This document shows, in pieces, positions 18,486 through 29,035 of a stretch of DNA of 64,000 nt. This DNA comes from Terriglobia bacterium. GTDB lineage: Bacteria > Acidobacteriota > Terriglobia > 2-12-FULL-54-10. The DNA is taken from NCBI GenBank assembly GCA_963666975.2, contig CAXVYR010000004.1, positions 928,001-992,000 of the forward strand, read 5' to 3'. The notes under the pieces are model-generated. The model had not been told where the DNA came from. It saw only the letters and a program-made list of their open reading frames with translations, and made no database searches. The position numbers and the translations under genes are program-made. Numbering within the stretch: position 1 is the first letter of the stretch; each line of letters starts with the position of its first letter.

Positions 18486-19241
18486 ATGAAAATAAAATGG
18501 TTTCACGCTGCCGCAGTTTGGACATTAGTTTGGACCCTTTTGAGCGGAATTGTTTTCTTTCAGGGACCCGCCTGGGCGCATGTCACGCTGCGGTCCAATC
18601 AACCGTTGAGGCCGGGAAGCTTTTCGGCGACGCTGAGTCTGGTCGTGCCCAACGAACGTCACGTCCCGGTCACGCGGATCAGCTTGGAAGTGCCGGAAGC
18701 CTTTCGGATGCAGGGCGGCCGCCTGCGGAGCGTGGAACATCCGGCCGGATGGGAAGTCAGGATCGAAAAACAGGACAAGCCGGAGGAGATTTATCGCCGG
18801 GAATTAGAGCAGCGAGCCGGAAGGGAAGCGCAGACTGCGACGACCGGGGAGGAACGGCAGGAAGAGGAAATCCAGAACGAACTGCTCAAACAGTGGATCA
18901 CAAAGGTGAGTTTTGAAGATGGGTCGATCCCGCCCGACGGCTCGAAGCAATTCCTGCTTACGTTTCAGCTCCCAGATGAGCCGGGGAAATACTTTTTTCC
19001 TACTCTCCAGGTCTTTGCAGATGGGACGGAACTTTCCTGGTCTGGAGTAGTGGAAGGAGCGGAACGTCCGGCCGCTTCCATTGTTATCGAGCGGCAATAT
19101 GGTTTGCCACATCTGGTGTTTCTGGTTGCGGCTTTGGCGCTGCTGATTCTAGTGGTCAAACCGCACAAGCGATATAAGAAACAGCGGAACGGCCAATCCA
19201 ATTCCGCTGCCACTTCTTCCGTGCCTACGGAAAAAATTTGA
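18486..19241 (+). CDS. YcnI/DUF1775-family copper-binding membrane protein
   Basis: Signal cleavage AWA|HVT gives an N-terminal His; VPNE, PAGW, FPTLQ...W and ERPA motifs; C-terminal TM helix. Confidence 0.8.
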   Translation: MKIKWFHAAAVWTLVWTLLSGIVFFQGPAWAHVTLRSNQPLRPGSFSATLSLVVPNERHVPVTRISLEVPEAFRMQGGRLRSVEHPAGWEVRIEKQDKPEEIYRRELEQRAGREAQTATTGEERQEEEIQNELLKQWITKVSFEDGSIPPDGSKQFLLTFQLPDEPGKYFFPTLQVFADGTELSWSGVVEGAERPAASIVIERQYGLPHLVFLVAALALLILVVKPHKRYKKQRNGQSNSAATSSVPTEKI

Positions 19242-19880
19242 GTTCGCTTTACTCTCCCAGCGGAACTTGTGGAAGTTCCAGAATGGTCAACAGGGCAGCA
19301 GAGTTTTGCAGCGGCCTCTGGGAGTGGAGATATGAGGGGGTAATCCTTTCATCGCATTCATTTCAAACCAGTAGTCGATCCTGAGGGCTGGTTCAGCCGG
19401 TTTTCTGGCATCCCTGCAGCCTGAAAATGGCATCCTTTGACTCCCAAAATACTCACCTTTCAGGATGGCATCTTTATTCCCCGGATCGTTACTCTTAATA
19501 GACTGAAATCAAGTTATGTGAGGCGCTAACCCGGCAGTTGCTGGAAGGCTTGGTGATCGTCAGGGCGCTCTGAACTTCAGGAACTGCAAACCATAACCGC
19601 AGCAGGGAAAGCAGCACCAAAAGTAGCACAAACAAAAAACCGGTCCCGGAAGGCGACGATAGCAGGGCGAGGATAACTTGATGATGGGGAGAGTCTATCC
19701 GCGCTGGCGAGTGGCCCGTTTTTGTAGACCGGGAAGGTTCCTCATGCAAGCTATAGGTTTACTGCCGCGGCTGGCGGCGGTAAAATTAAAATTAAAGATG
19801 CTGGAGCGACATTACCAAGATAATCCGAGCGGCAACATTTCAAGCCTTTGCCCAATTCTCACAAAATCCACGACAAAAGG

Positions 19881-22010
19881 ATGAACCGTATGGTTGCTGG
19901 GACATCGCCTTTGAGAGTTCAAAAGTATAGCGGCTTGGATCGAAAGCGCCTGGTTTGGCTGTGCCGCACGATGCTTCTCTCCCGCCGGTTGGATGAAAAA
20001 GAGATTCAACTCCACCGCCAGGGTCGCAGCTTTTTCCAGGTCAGTTCCGCCGGTCACGAGGCACTGCAGTTGGCGGCCGCCTCGGTCTTGCGGCCGGGCT
20101 CCGACTGGTTTTTTCCTTACTACCGCAGCCGCGCTCTGGTGCTCGGCTTGGGGCTCACTCCCCTGCAACTGCTGCTGGAGGCCGTAGGCTCGGCGGAGGC
20201 TCCCTTTAGCGGAGGAAGGCAGATGCCTTCCCACTGGGGGGGCAAGGAACTCAACATCGTTTCGCAATCGAGCGCTACTGGAACTCAGTGGGTGGAGGCG
20301 GTCGGTTGTGCCGAGGCGGGAATTTATTACAGAGGAATGCCCGCGTCCCGGCAAACAAAAGCCCGCTTTGAGCAGGATGAGGTGGTTTGTGTCACCGGCG
20401 GCGACGGAAGCACCAGCCAGGGAGAGTTCTTCGAGTCGCTGAATACGGCCTGCAACGCGCGGCTTCCCGTGCTCTACCTGATTGAAGACAACGGTTACGC
20501 CATCTCCGTGCCGGTAGAGGAGCAGACGCCGGGCGGCAATATTTCCCGGTTGGTTTCCGGATACCCCAACCTGTTCCGCGAAGAAGTGGATGGGACCGAC
20601 CTTCTGGCGAGCGTAGAGACCCTCCGGCGGGCTGTGGCCCATTGCCGCGAGCGGCGGGGACCCGCTCTGGTGCATGGCCATGTGGTCCGTCTGCACCCTC
20701 ATTCAGTGTCGGATGACCAGAAGCTGTACAAAACCCCGCAGGAACAGGCGGGCGAACAAGCCCGCGACCCATTGCGGAAATACAGTGAGTTTCTTCTGGA
20801 AGAAGGGATCATGGACCGGCGAGAGCTGCAAAGTATCGAAGACACCGCGGAGCGGGAAGTCAATGAGGCTGCCGAGCAGGCCCTGCGAGCTGCTGCCCCC
20901 TCTGCGGGCTCCGCCCGGCTGCACGTTTATTCTCCCACGGTCGATCCCACATCCGCTGATTTTGACAAACCAGCGGCTTTGAGCGGCGAGCCTCGCACCA
21001 TGGTGGACCAGTTGAATGCATGCCTGCGGGATGAGATGCGCCGGGACCCCCGCGTTCTGCTCTACGGACAGGACGTGGCTGACTCCAGCCACGCGGAAAA
21101 CCTGAGCCGGTTGAAGGGCAAAGGCGGAGTGTTCAAAGTGACCCACGGCCTGCAGCGGGAGTTCGGCAGCCGCCGGGTCTTCAACGCTCCCATCGCCGAG
21201 GCGAACATCGTGGGGCGCGCCATCGGTTATGCCCTGCGGGGACTGAAGCCGGTGGTGGAAATCCAGTTCCTGGACTACATCTGGCCCGCGATGATGCAAA
21301 TTCGGAACGAGATGGCGGTTCTGCGCTGGCGGTCGGTCGGCAACTACAGTTGTCCCGTCGTGATCCGCACGGCCTACGGAGGGTACCTGAACGGCGGGTC
21401 GGTTTACCACAGCCAGTGCGGGGAGAGCATCTTTACGCATCTGCCGGGCCTGCGCGTTGTCCTCCCTTCCACGGCGCTCGACGCTGCCGGCCTGCTGCGC
21501 ACGGCGATCCGGTGCGACGACCCTGTGCTGTTTCTGGAGCACAAACACCTTTACCGGCAGCCTTACAACCGCAGCCCGTACCCTGGCCCCGAGCATATGG
21601 TTCCCTTCGGGAAGGCGCGCATTGTGAGGGAGGGCACCGACGTCACCGTCGTCACCTACGGCGCCGTCGTGCAGCGGGCTTTGCAGGCTGCCGAGAAGCT
21701 GGAGTCGGAAGGCGCCAGCGTGGAGCTCATCGACCTGCGGTCGCTCAACCCCTATGATTGGGAGGCCATCGCCCAGTCGGTCCGCAAGACGAGCCGCGTG
21801 CTGGTGGCTCACGAGGACAGCATTTCGTGGGGCTTTGGAGCGGAGATCGCAGCGCGCATCGCCGATGAACTGTTCGACGATCTGGACGCGCCCGTAAAGC
21901 GGATCGGCGCGCTCGACACCTTCGTCGCCTACCATCCCAATCTGGAAAAGGAAATCCTCCCCCAGGCCAAGGACCTGGAAAACACCTTGCGGGAACTTGT
22001 GGCTTGGTAA
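19881..22010 (+). CDS. Fused 2-oxoacid dehydrogenase E1 alpha/beta (branched-chain/pyruvate type)
   Basis: TPP motif [11 protein letters not shown] and HSVSDD, followed by a transketolase-like beta part (NAPIAE, EIQF, HSQ). Confidence 0.93.
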   Translation: MNRMVAGTSPLRVQKYSGLDRKRLVWLCRTMLLSRRLDEKEIQLHRQGRSFFQVSSAGHEALQLAAASVLRPGSDWFFPYYRSRALVLGLGLTPLQLLLEAVGSAEAPFSGGRQMPSHWGGKELNIVSQSSATGTQWVEAVGCAEAGIYYRGMPASRQTKARFEQDEVVCVTGGDGSTSQGEFFESLNTACNARLPVLYLIEDNGYAISVPVEEQTPGGNISRLVSGYPNLFREEVDGTDLLASVETLRRAVAHCRERRGPALVHGHVVRLHPHSVSDDQKLYKTPQEQAGEQARDPLRKYSEFLLEEGIMDRRELQSIEDTAEREVNEAAEQALRAAAPSAGSARLHVYSPTVDPTSADFDKPAALSGEPRTMVDQLNACLRDEMRRDPRVLLYGQDVADSSHAENLSRLKGKGGVFKVTHGLQREFGSRRVFNAPIAEANIVGRAIGYALRGLKPVVEIQFLDYIWPAMMQIRNEMAVLRWRSVGNYSCPVVIRTAYGGYLNGGSVYHSQCGESIFTHLPGLRVVLPSTALDAAGLLRTAIRCDDPVLFLEHKHLYRQPYNRSPYPGPEHMVPFGKARIVREGTDVTVVTYGAVVQRALQAAEKLESEGASVELIDLRSLNPYDWEAIAQSVRKTSRVLVAHEDSISWGFGAEIAARIADELFDDLDAPVKRIGALDTFVAYHPNLEKEILPQAKDLENTLRELVAW

Positions 22011-22020
22011 AGAACATTAG

Positions 22021-22248
22021 ATGAAGGCCATTTTGCCGGTGGTCCTGCTTGCGTTGATGTTCACGCCTACTGCTGTCCTGTCGCATGGTGGGGGATTGGA
22101 CTCGCTAGGTTGTCACCACGATCGCAAGCGAGGCGGATATCATTGCCACCGAGGGCCTTTAGCGGGAGAGTCTTTCTCTTCAAAGGCCGACGCCGAGAAA
22201 AAACTAAAAGACAAAGAAGCACAACCGTCGCTAAAAGAAAGCAGATAA
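22021..22248 (+). CDS. YHYH-domain small exported protein
   Basis: Signal peptide, then HGGGLDSLGCHHDRKRGGYHCH. Confidence 0.85.
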   Translation: MKAILPVVLLALMFTPTAVLSHGGGLDSLGCHHDRKRGGYHCHRGPLAGESFSSKADAEKKLKDKEAQPSLKESR

Positions 22249-22420
22249 GTTAGAGCGGTATCGTCCGGGCCGTTCATCGAGCAGATTTACCTTCCCACAA
22301 CACTTCCTGCATTTCTTACTTCCGAGCTTTTTTCTAACCGCTTGCTGACGCGCGCGGCTCAGAACTGAGCTGGCTTTCGATAAGCCTCGGTCTACACTTT
22401 CACTGAAACTGGTAGAAAAG

Positions 22421-22747
22421 TCAGGTGCGTGAACTTTCCGGAGCCAGGGTTGCGGGCCGCACTTCGCGTTCGATGGTGCGCCGAAGTTCGTCTTCGGCGA
22501 CCTCCAAGTCGTAGGCGGCCTGCGCATTCAGCCAAAAACGCGCGCTGGTGTGGAAGTAGCGGGCGAGCCGCAGGGCTGTGTCGGGGGTGATGCTGCGGCG
22601 TTCGTGGACAATCTCCGCAACCCGCGTCACCGGCACGTGCAGATCGAGCGCCAGCTTGTTCATGCTGAGACCGAGCGGTTTCAGGAAATCCTCCCTTAGA
22701 ATCTCGCCGGGATGAATCGGCGGCAAAAGCTTTCTAGACTTGCCCAT
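22421..22747 (-). CDS. higA: HigA family antitoxin
   Basis: PIHPGEILREDF..RSITPDTALRLARYF..FWLNAQ. Confidence 0.93.
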   Translation of the reverse strand: MGKSRKLLPPIHPGEILREDFLKPLGLSMNKLALDLHVPVTRVAEIVHERRSITPDTALRLARYFHTSARFWLNAQAAYDLEVAEDELRRTIEREVRPATLAPESSRT

Positions 22748-22755
22748 TTTTCCTC

Positions 22756-23034
22756 CTAGTGGCAGTCCACAATCTCAACCTCGTAGACATCCCCATCGCG
22801 CCAGACAAAGCAGATGCGCCACTGATCGTTAATGCGAATACTGTACTGCCCTCGCCGGTCGCCGCGAAGCGCTTCCAGGTGGTTCCCTGGCGGAGCGGCT
22901 AGATCGCGTAGCTCTGTCGCAATATCTAACTGGCGCAGTTTGCGCTGTGCTGCGCGCTCAAAAGCCCCGAACCGCCTGACACGCTGCCTGGCATAGAGTC
23001 GTTCCGTCTCTTTTGACCGAAAGGACTTGATCAC
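22756..23034 (-). CDS. higB: HigB/RelE family toxin
   Basis: MIKSF..PPGNHLEALRGDRRGQYSIRINDQWRICF; the toxin lies upstream of the antitoxin. Confidence 0.93.
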   Translation of the reverse strand: MIKSFRSKETERLYARQRVRRFGAFERAAQRKLRQLDIATELRDLAAPPGNHLEALRGDRRGQYSIRINDQWRICFVWRDGDVYEVEIVDCH

Positions 23035-23065
23035 ATTGTGAGTTTATAACGTGAAACGATAAACG

Positions 23066-23791
23066 TCAAGCGTTAAGGCTGATATCTGGGGCAGGGAAAG
23101 CTTCTGATGTCAGGCATCTCCTCGCCTTGCTAAAAATGCTGCGGAACATCCCCTCGGTCAGCTTTCCGGTTTGGGTATTTTGCTGGCTGGGATGGTAGGA
23201 GGCAATCAAGGTGGGCAGCGGGGGAGGGAAACGGTAGAGCTCCCCGTGTGAAAAGGGAAAAGCGTTGCGGGACGCGATGTGCCCCCGATCTTTGAGGATG
23301 GAAAGATAAGCGTCAAAGGCGATTTTCCCCAGAGCCACCACTGCCGTCACATTCGGAAGCGCTGCAAGTTCGCGTTCCAGATACTCCCGGCAGTTTCGAG
23401 ACTCTGCGGGCAGCGGCTTGTTGGCGGGCGGAGCGCAGCGGACGGTTGCTGTGATGTAGGTGTCGAGCAGCCGCAGGCCGTCGTCGCGGGAGACCGAGCT
23501 AGCTTGACTGGCGAAGCCCGCCCGGTGCAGGGCGCGGAACAGGAAGTCCCCGGAACGGTCTCCGGTAAATATGCGGCCGGTGCGGTTGGCTCCGTGGGCG
23601 GCTGGTGCAAGCCCCAGGATCAGCAAGCGCGCCTGCGGGTCGCCAAGTCCGGGCACGGGCCGGCCCCAATATTCCCAGTCGCGGTAGGCGCGGCGTTTTT
23701 CCCGCGCGACGCGGCGGCAGTACTCCACCAGACGGTCGCAGCGCGTGCAGCCGGGAATCTCTCGCTCGATTTTCCGGATCGTGTCGGTCAT
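23066..23791 (-). CDS. Uracil-DNA glycosylase family 5 (Fe-S)
   Basis: CTRCDRL, GLAPAAHGANRTGR, RCAPP and SYHPSQQN. Confidence 0.92.
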   Translation of the reverse strand: MTDTIRKIEREIPGCTRCDRLVEYCRRVAREKRRAYRDWEYWGRPVPGLGDPQARLLILGLAPAAHGANRTGRIFTGDRSGDFLFRALHRAGFASQASSVSRDDGLRLLDTYITATVRCAPPANKPLPAESRNCREYLERELAALPNVTAVVALGKIAFDAYLSILKDRGHIASRNAFPFSHGELYRFPPPLPTLIASYHPSQQNTQTGKLTEGMFRSIFSKARRCLTSEAFPAPDISLNA

Positions 23792-23969
23792 TGCATCATG
23801 CCTTCCGGGAGGGTTGCTCCTGTCTCCTCCTCTCTTGCTTTCCTGAAGTCCTCGCCCTTCTCCTTTTCGCCCCGTGCTATTATTCTCTGGCCGGCGGCAA
23901 TATTTCTATTTGCTTCCTGTTCCATGCCGGACGATTCTGAGCACTATACACTATACGAGGAGTCAGCCG

Positions 23970-25457
23970 ATGAGCCGCGCTGTCGAGTCCGCTGCGAAAA
24001 CCCAGCCGCCGAATCTGCGGGGAAAGTACTGCTGTCTCGTAGGAGGCGAGCTGGCCGAGGCTGCGTCCGGCCAGACGTTTTCTACTCGCAATCCGGCAAC
24101 CGGCGAGAAGCTGGCCGAGGTTCCCGACGGGGACGAGCGCGACATCGACCGCGCCGTTCAGGCCGCCCGAAAAGCGTTTCCGCAATGGCGGAAGATGACG
24201 GCAGCCGAGCGCGGCGGCATCTGCCGCCGGTTCGCCGAAAGGCTGCGCGCCCGCGCCGAAGTCTATGCCACGCTCGATGCCCTCGACTGTGGCAGCCCCT
24301 TGACGGCCATGCGCCGGGATGTCGCCAGCACAGCCGCACAGATCGACTATTTCGCCGGTCTCGGCCCTGAGATCAAGGGAGAGACGATTCCTTCCGGCTC
24401 CCAGTCATTGCACTTTACGCTGCGGGAACCGTTCGGGGTAGTGGGCCGGATCATTCCCTTTAATCACCCCATTCTGTTTGCCGCCCGGATCGCCGCCCCC
24501 CTGATGGCGGGCAACACCGTGGTTCTGAAGCCCCCCGAGCAGACTCCTCTCTCGGCCCTGGAGATGGGTTACGACGTGAAAGAAATTTTTCCTCCCGGCG
24601 TGGTCAACATCGTTACTGGAGACGGCCCGCGCGCAGGAGCTTCGCTGGTAAAGCACCCGGCGGTGCGGCGTATTGCGTTTACCGGATCGGTCGAGGTCGG
24701 CCGCGAGATCATGCGCGCGGCGGCTGACGGCCTCAAGACCATTTCCCTGGAACTGGGCGGCAAGAACCCCATGATCGTCTTTCCGGACGCGAACCTGGAA
24801 CAGGCCGTGAACGCCGCCTTTAACGGCATGAACTATTGCTGGTCGCAGGGGCAGTCCTGCGGCTCGACCTCGCGTTTGTTTCTGCATCGCGACCTGCACG
24901 ATGAGTTCCTGGAGCGTCTGGTGGCGAAGGTAAAGGCCGTCCGCATGGGGTTGCCGCACGAGGAGGCGACCCAGATGGGTTGCCTGGTCTCGCAGCAACA
25001 ATTCGACAAGGTAATGTCCTACATTGAACTCGGCAAGAAGGAAGGCGCTCGTTTGGTGGCCGGAGGCGGCAAGCCGTCGGACCCCAAGTTGCAACGGGGC
25101 TTTTTTGTCGAGCCGACAGTCTTTGACCGGGTGGACTACAAGATGCGCCTGGCGCAGGAGGAGATCTTCGGCCCGGTGCAGTCGGTCCTCACATGGAAGG
25201 ACGAGGGCGAATTGCTGGAGATGGTCAACAGCGTGATGTACGGGCTGACGGCCAGCATCTGGACGCGGGATTTCCCCACGGCGTACCGGATGGCTTCGGC
25301 GGTGGAGGCGGGCTTCGTGTGGATCAACGACAGCAGCAGGCACTTCGCCGGGGTCCCCTTCGGAGGCTACAAACAGAGCGGACTGGGCCGCGAAGAATGT
25401 CTGGCGGACCTGCTGAGCTATACGCAGGTCAAGAGCGTGAACGTGAACTTGGCTTGA
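23970..25457 (+). CDS. Aldehyde dehydrogenase family protein
   Basis: PFNHP, FTGS, LELGGK, GQSC, EEIFGP and PFGGYKQSG. Confidence 0.95.
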   Translation: MSRAVESAAKTQPPNLRGKYCCLVGGELAEAASGQTFSTRNPATGEKLAEVPDGDERDIDRAVQAARKAFPQWRKMTAAERGGICRRFAERLRARAEVYATLDALDCGSPLTAMRRDVASTAAQIDYFAGLGPEIKGETIPSGSQSLHFTLREPFGVVGRIIPFNHPILFAARIAAPLMAGNTVVLKPPEQTPLSALEMGYDVKEIFPPGVVNIVTGDGPRAGASLVKHPAVRRIAFTGSVEVGREIMRAAADGLKTISLELGGKNPMIVFPDANLEQAVNAAFNGMNYCWSQGQSCGSTSRLFLHRDLHDEFLERLVAKVKAVRMGLPHEEATQMGCLVSQQQFDKVMSYIELGKKEGARLVAGGGKPSDPKLQRGFFVEPTVFDRVDYKMRLAQEEIFGPVQSVLTWKDEGELLEMVNSVMYGLTASIWTRDFPTAYRMASAVEAGFVWINDSSRHFAGVPFGGYKQSGLGREECLADLLSYTQVKSVNVNLA

Positions 25458-25521
25458 ACATACATCGCGGCGAGATGCTCCGCCGATGGGCGGGCAGGAG
25501 CATACGAATGGATATCGGGCG

Positions 25522-25710
25522 ATGAAAGTACGTGACGTGCTTGCCTTACTCAGGAACGATGATTGGTACTTGGCGGCGACCGAGGGGAGTCACCGGCAAT
25601 TCAAACATCCAAGAAGGACAGGCCGCGTAACAGTGCCCGGAAAACCAAACGATGACTTGCCGCCGGGCACTTTGAATAGTATCTTGAAACAGGCTGGCTT
25701 GAAGAAATGA
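25522..25710 (+). CDS. hicA: HicA family toxin
   Basis: GSHRQFKHP..VTVPG..DLPPGTLNSILKQAGL. Confidence 0.93.
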   Translation: MKVRDVLALLRNDDWYLAATEGSHRQFKHPRRTGRVTVPGKPNDDLPPGTLNSILKQAGLKK

Positions 25711-25722
25711 GGAGACGCTGAG

Positions 25723-25935
25723 ATGCGTTATGCCATTGTGATTGAAAAAGCGGAGAACAATTATGCCGCCTACGTGCCGGACCTGCCGGGGTGCGTAGCA
25801 ACCGGCAAAACGGTCGAAGAAACGGAGCAGCAAATTCGCGAAGCGATCGAGTTTCACTTGCGCGGAATGCGGGAAGACGGGCTGCCGATTCCAGAGCCGG
25901 CCAGCCAGGTGGATTACGTAGAAGTCCCTACCTGA
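25723..25935 (+). CDS. hicB: HicB family antitoxin (short form)
   Basis: YAAYVPDLPGCVATGKTVEE..EAIEFHL..PIPEP. Confidence 0.93.
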   Translation: MRYAIVIEKAENNYAAYVPDLPGCVATGKTVEETEQQIREAIEFHLRGMREDGLPIPEPASQVDYVEVPT

Positions 25936-26108
25936 GAGTTGTACGTGCGCAAGTGTATTTCCGGGTTGCTGAGCTACACGCAGGTCAAAAGCGTCAATGT
26001 AAATTTGGCGTGAACGGCGGTCGGGACCGCTCCCTGAAGGGGCGCCCCAACGCGCTGAAAGCGGAGTGTTGGGGACCCCTCAGGGTTGCGGCTCGGATGG
26101 GTCGTGCC

Positions 26109-26768
26109 CTACATGGAGCCGTCTTTCCGATGCACCAGCCGGTGCCACTCTTTTTGCGGGATTTCCTTTACCCATTTGAGCATGGAGTGGATCGCAAACA
26201 GCGGCGTGTCATTGTAAAAACGGTATTGTTTCAGGATGTCGAAGTGAGGCTTCCCGGTGCGGGAGGTTTTCGGCAGCAGGGCGTCGTGGTAGCCGTCGAA
26301 TTCCACCAGCCGGTACCGCTTGCGGTTCACCAAGCCGCTGTCCAGCGTGCAGTCCGCCATGATCCATCGCCCGTTCAGGAAAACCGCGTTCATCCCGTGA
26401 TGGGTCAGCTCATTGGTGCCCATCAGTCGCAGGAAAGACCCTACGATCTTGTAGTCTACGATGTTTTGAAAACCGATGCGGGCGGGCACGCCGCTCGCCC
26501 GGCAGAGCGCCGCGAACAGGGCCGCCTTCTGCATACAGAAACCGGTTCCCATCTCCAGCGTGTGCGATGCCCGGAAATGACTCCGGTTGCTGACCGCCGG
26601 GGCGAAGTTGTAGGGGATCTCGTCGCGAACAAAGCCAAAAATCCGCCGGACTTTTTCCGGCGCGCTTCGGATGGAGGCCGTCAACTCGGATGCCTTCCGA
26701 ACAATGGGCTTGGCGTCCGAGTCGATACAATAGGCCGGGTGGAGACTGCTTTCAGGATTCGTTCGCAT
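26109..26768 (-). CDS. Transglutaminase-like domain protein
   Basis: FVRDEIPY and GFCMQKA..ALCRASGVPARIGF; the H and D of the catalytic triad are in HHG..WIMADCT. Confidence 0.85.
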   Translation of the reverse strand: MRTNPESSLHPAYCIDSDAKPIVRKASELTASIRSAPEKVRRIFGFVRDEIPYNFAPAVSNRSHFRASHTLEMGTGFCMQKAALFAALCRASGVPARIGFQNIVDYKIVGSFLRLMGTNELTHHGMNAVFLNGRWIMADCTLDSGLVNRKRYRLVEFDGYHDALLPKTSRTGKPHFDILKQYRFYNDTPLFAIHSMLKWVKEIPQKEWHRLVHRKDGSM

Positions 26769-26905
26769 GAAGGTTGGACCGCAACAGAAGTCGCAAACCA
26801 AACTTCTATGATATCACGGAGAACCGGGAGAGTTCCCGCCACCTTCCCCCCTTGTCATGCCGTGGCAATAGCAGTATAGTAGGAAAGGTGAAGCTGGCGA
26901 GCAGT

Positions 26906-26930
26906 AGAGTGGGCGGAAGCCCGCTTTTTT
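26906..26930 (+). promoter_or_regulatory. rimP leader hairpin
   Basis: AGAGTGGGCGGAAGCCCGCTTTTTT just upstream of rimP matches the widespread rimP-leader pattern. Confidence 0.65.
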
Positions 26931-26941
26931 ATTGGGGCAGA

Positions 26942-27442
26942 ATGAGTTTGCTCGAACGCATCCGGGAGATGGTGGACCGAGTGGCCACTTCCGAAGGAAT
27001 GGAACTGGTGGACGTGGAGTTGCACGGGCGCGGGCCTGCTACCACCTTGCGTATTTTCCTGGACAAGCCGGAGGGCATCACCCATAAGGACTGCCAAGTG
27101 GTCAGCCAGCAGGTCGGAGCCTTGCTTGACGTCGAGGACCTGCTCGATAGCCGCTATACGCTGGAGGTTTCCTCGCCGGGCCTGGACCGCAAGCTGGTCA
27201 AGCCAGCCGATTACCAGCGTTTTGCCGGCAGGCAGATCAACCTGGCGCTCAAGGTGGCCCGCGAGGGAAGGCGGCGTTTCCGAGGCTTGCTCCTGGGGAT
27301 GGAGAAGGAGGCCGTCCGGGTGGATATTGGAGACGGCCAAGTAGTGAGCTTCGAGTACGGCGAGATTGAGAAGGCAAACTTAGTTGCGGAGTTTTTCGGC
27401 AGGCAGGGCGCAACCAGCGGGAAAGAAATGGATTCGAGGTAA
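26942..27442 (+). CDS. rimP: Ribosome maturation factor RimP
   Basis: LRIFLDKPEGI and YTLEVSSPGLDR. Confidence 0.95.
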   Translation: MSLLERIREMVDRVATSEGMELVDVELHGRGPATTLRIFLDKPEGITHKDCQVVSQQVGALLDVEDLLDSRYTLEVSSPGLDRKLVKPADYQRFAGRQINLALKVAREGRRRFRGLLLGMEKEAVRVDIGDGQVVSFEYGEIEKANLVAEFFGRQGATSGKEMDSR

Positions 27443-27445
27443 AAG

Positions 27446-28987
27446 ATGTCCAGCTTGTTGTTACAATCCATCGACCAGTTGAGCCGGGAGAAAGGCATCG
27501 AACCGCAGATTATCATCAGCGCGGTGGAAGACGCCATCTTGGTTGCGGCGCGGAAGTATTTTAAGGCAGGGGAAGAGTTGCGTTCCGAGCTGAACCGGGA
27601 GACCGGCCAAGTGGAGGTGTATGCCCTGAAGAAGGTGGTGGACGATGTCCTCTACCCAAACCGGGAGATCACCCTGGAGAATGCGCAGGAGCTGGACCCG
27701 GAGGCTGTGCTCGAAGCCGAGGTCAAGGTCTTCAAGCCGACCGATGTGCTGGGACGGATTGCCGCACAGACGGCCAAGCAGGTCATCTTTCAGAAGGTGA
27801 GAGAAGCCGAGCGGGAGAACGTTTACAACGAGTATAGCGGCCGGATCGGTGAAGTCGTGAATTGCACCATCCGGCGAACCGAGGGGTCGGACCTTATTAT
27901 GGAGCTGGGAAAAACCGAAGGCCGGCTGCCCCGCCGGGAGCAGTCCAGACTGGAAAGCTTTCAGGTCGGAGAGCGCACGCGGGTGGTGATCATCCAGGTG
28001 GAAAAGTCCGCCAAGGGACCCCAGGTCATCGTTTCCCGCGCCAATCCGAATCTGGTCGCCCGCCTGTTTGAGTCGGAGGTCCCGGAGATCTACGACGGTA
28101 CGGTCGTGATCCGTTCCACGGCCCGCGAGGCGGGAGAGCGCACCAAGGTCGCCGTCCTTTCCAAGGACCGGGACGTGGACTGTGTAGGCGCCTGCGTGGG
28201 GATGAAGGGAATGCGGGTCCAGTCGATTATCCGGGAGTTGCGGGGAGAGAAGATTGACATCATCGAGTACAACGAAGATCCGGTGACCTTCGCCGCCAAC
28301 GCCCTCAGCCCGGCCAAAATCAACCGGGTCTCTGTGATTGACGCGGCCGAAAAGCACTTGGAAGTAGTCGTGGACGATACCCAGCTTTCGCTCGCCATCG
28401 GGAAAAAGGGGCAGAACGTTCGCCTGGCTGCCAAGCTGCTCGGCTGGAAGATTGACATCAAGAGCGAGGAAGAGAAGCGGCAGGAAGTGGAATCGCAGAT
28501 GGCGCAATTGGTGGCCGGCGGAACCTCCGTCTCTGAGATCGAGGGCATTGGAGCAAAGACCGCCGACAAACTGATGGAACATGATGTCACCACCGTGGAG
28601 CGGCTGGGCGAAATGACGCCGGAACAATTGCAAGAAATACCCGGAATCGGTCCAAAAATGGTAGAAAAAATCCGGCTGGCAGTGATTAATTATTACTCGC
28701 AGTTTGATGATGCATCAGAGACAGCCGCCGAACAGGGAGCCGGAGGATCGCCCGATCCCGGCTCGCCGGTTCCAGAAGCCGCTTCCGAAGCGGAGCAGGA
28801 GCCTCTTGCGCCGGCTGAAGAAGCAGCAGCGTCCGTGGGGGATGAAGCCGGGAAAGCGATTCTAGAAGAAGCGAATCAGGATGAGGGCGGCATAGAGTCC
28901 GGGCTCGGGACACCCGATTCCGGCCCGGAGCAGGAACAGACCCGGCTTCCCGCAGGTGACGGCGACGGGGAAGCAAAAAGCGAATAG
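27446..28987 (+). CDS. nusA: Transcription termination factor NusA
   Basis: GRIAAQTAKQV, S1/KH domains and LAIGKKGQNVRLA; acidic C-terminal tail. Confidence 0.97.
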   Translation: MSSLLLQSIDQLSREKGIEPQIIISAVEDAILVAARKYFKAGEELRSELNRETGQVEVYALKKVVDDVLYPNREITLENAQELDPEAVLEAEVKVFKPTDVLGRIAAQTAKQVIFQKVREAERENVYNEYSGRIGEVVNCTIRRTEGSDLIMELGKTEGRLPRREQSRLESFQVGERTRVVIIQVEKSAKGPQVIVSRANPNLVARLFESEVPEIYDGTVVIRSTAREAGERTKVAVLSKDRDVDCVGACVGMKGMRVQSIIRELRGEKIDIIEYNEDPVTFAANALSPAKINRVSVIDAAEKHLEVVVDDTQLSLAIGKKGQNVRLAAKLLGWKIDIKSEEEKRQEVESQMAQLVAGGTSVSEIEGIGAKTADKLMEHDVTTVERLGEMTPEQLQEIPGIGPKMVEKIRLAVINYYSQFDDASETAAEQGAGGSPDPGSPVPEAASEAEQEPLAPAEEAAASVGDEAGKAILEEANQDEGGIESGLGTPDSGPEQEQTRLPAGDGDGEAKSE

Positions 28988-29035
28988 ATCAAGTTTTCAA
29001 GACCCTAGTTGCACGAGAAACAACTAGGCGTCAGA

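Larger units (their letters stand above)
25411..26015 (+). mobile_element. hicAB cassette flanked by 49-bp direct repeats of the ALDH 3' end
   Basis: 25411-25459 and 25967-26015 are 42/49 identical; both encode (L)LSYTQVKSVNVNLA*. Confidence 0.8.

Noticed and set aside
19495-19749. 84-aa ORF with one hydrophobic segment
   Set aside because: No recognisable motif or clear RBS, so it cannot be supported as a gene.
22011-23066. Target duplication around the YHYH-higBA block
   Set aside because: I compared both flanks with the E1 and udg gene ends and found no repeat, so this TA is not counted in the duplicated-anchor pattern.
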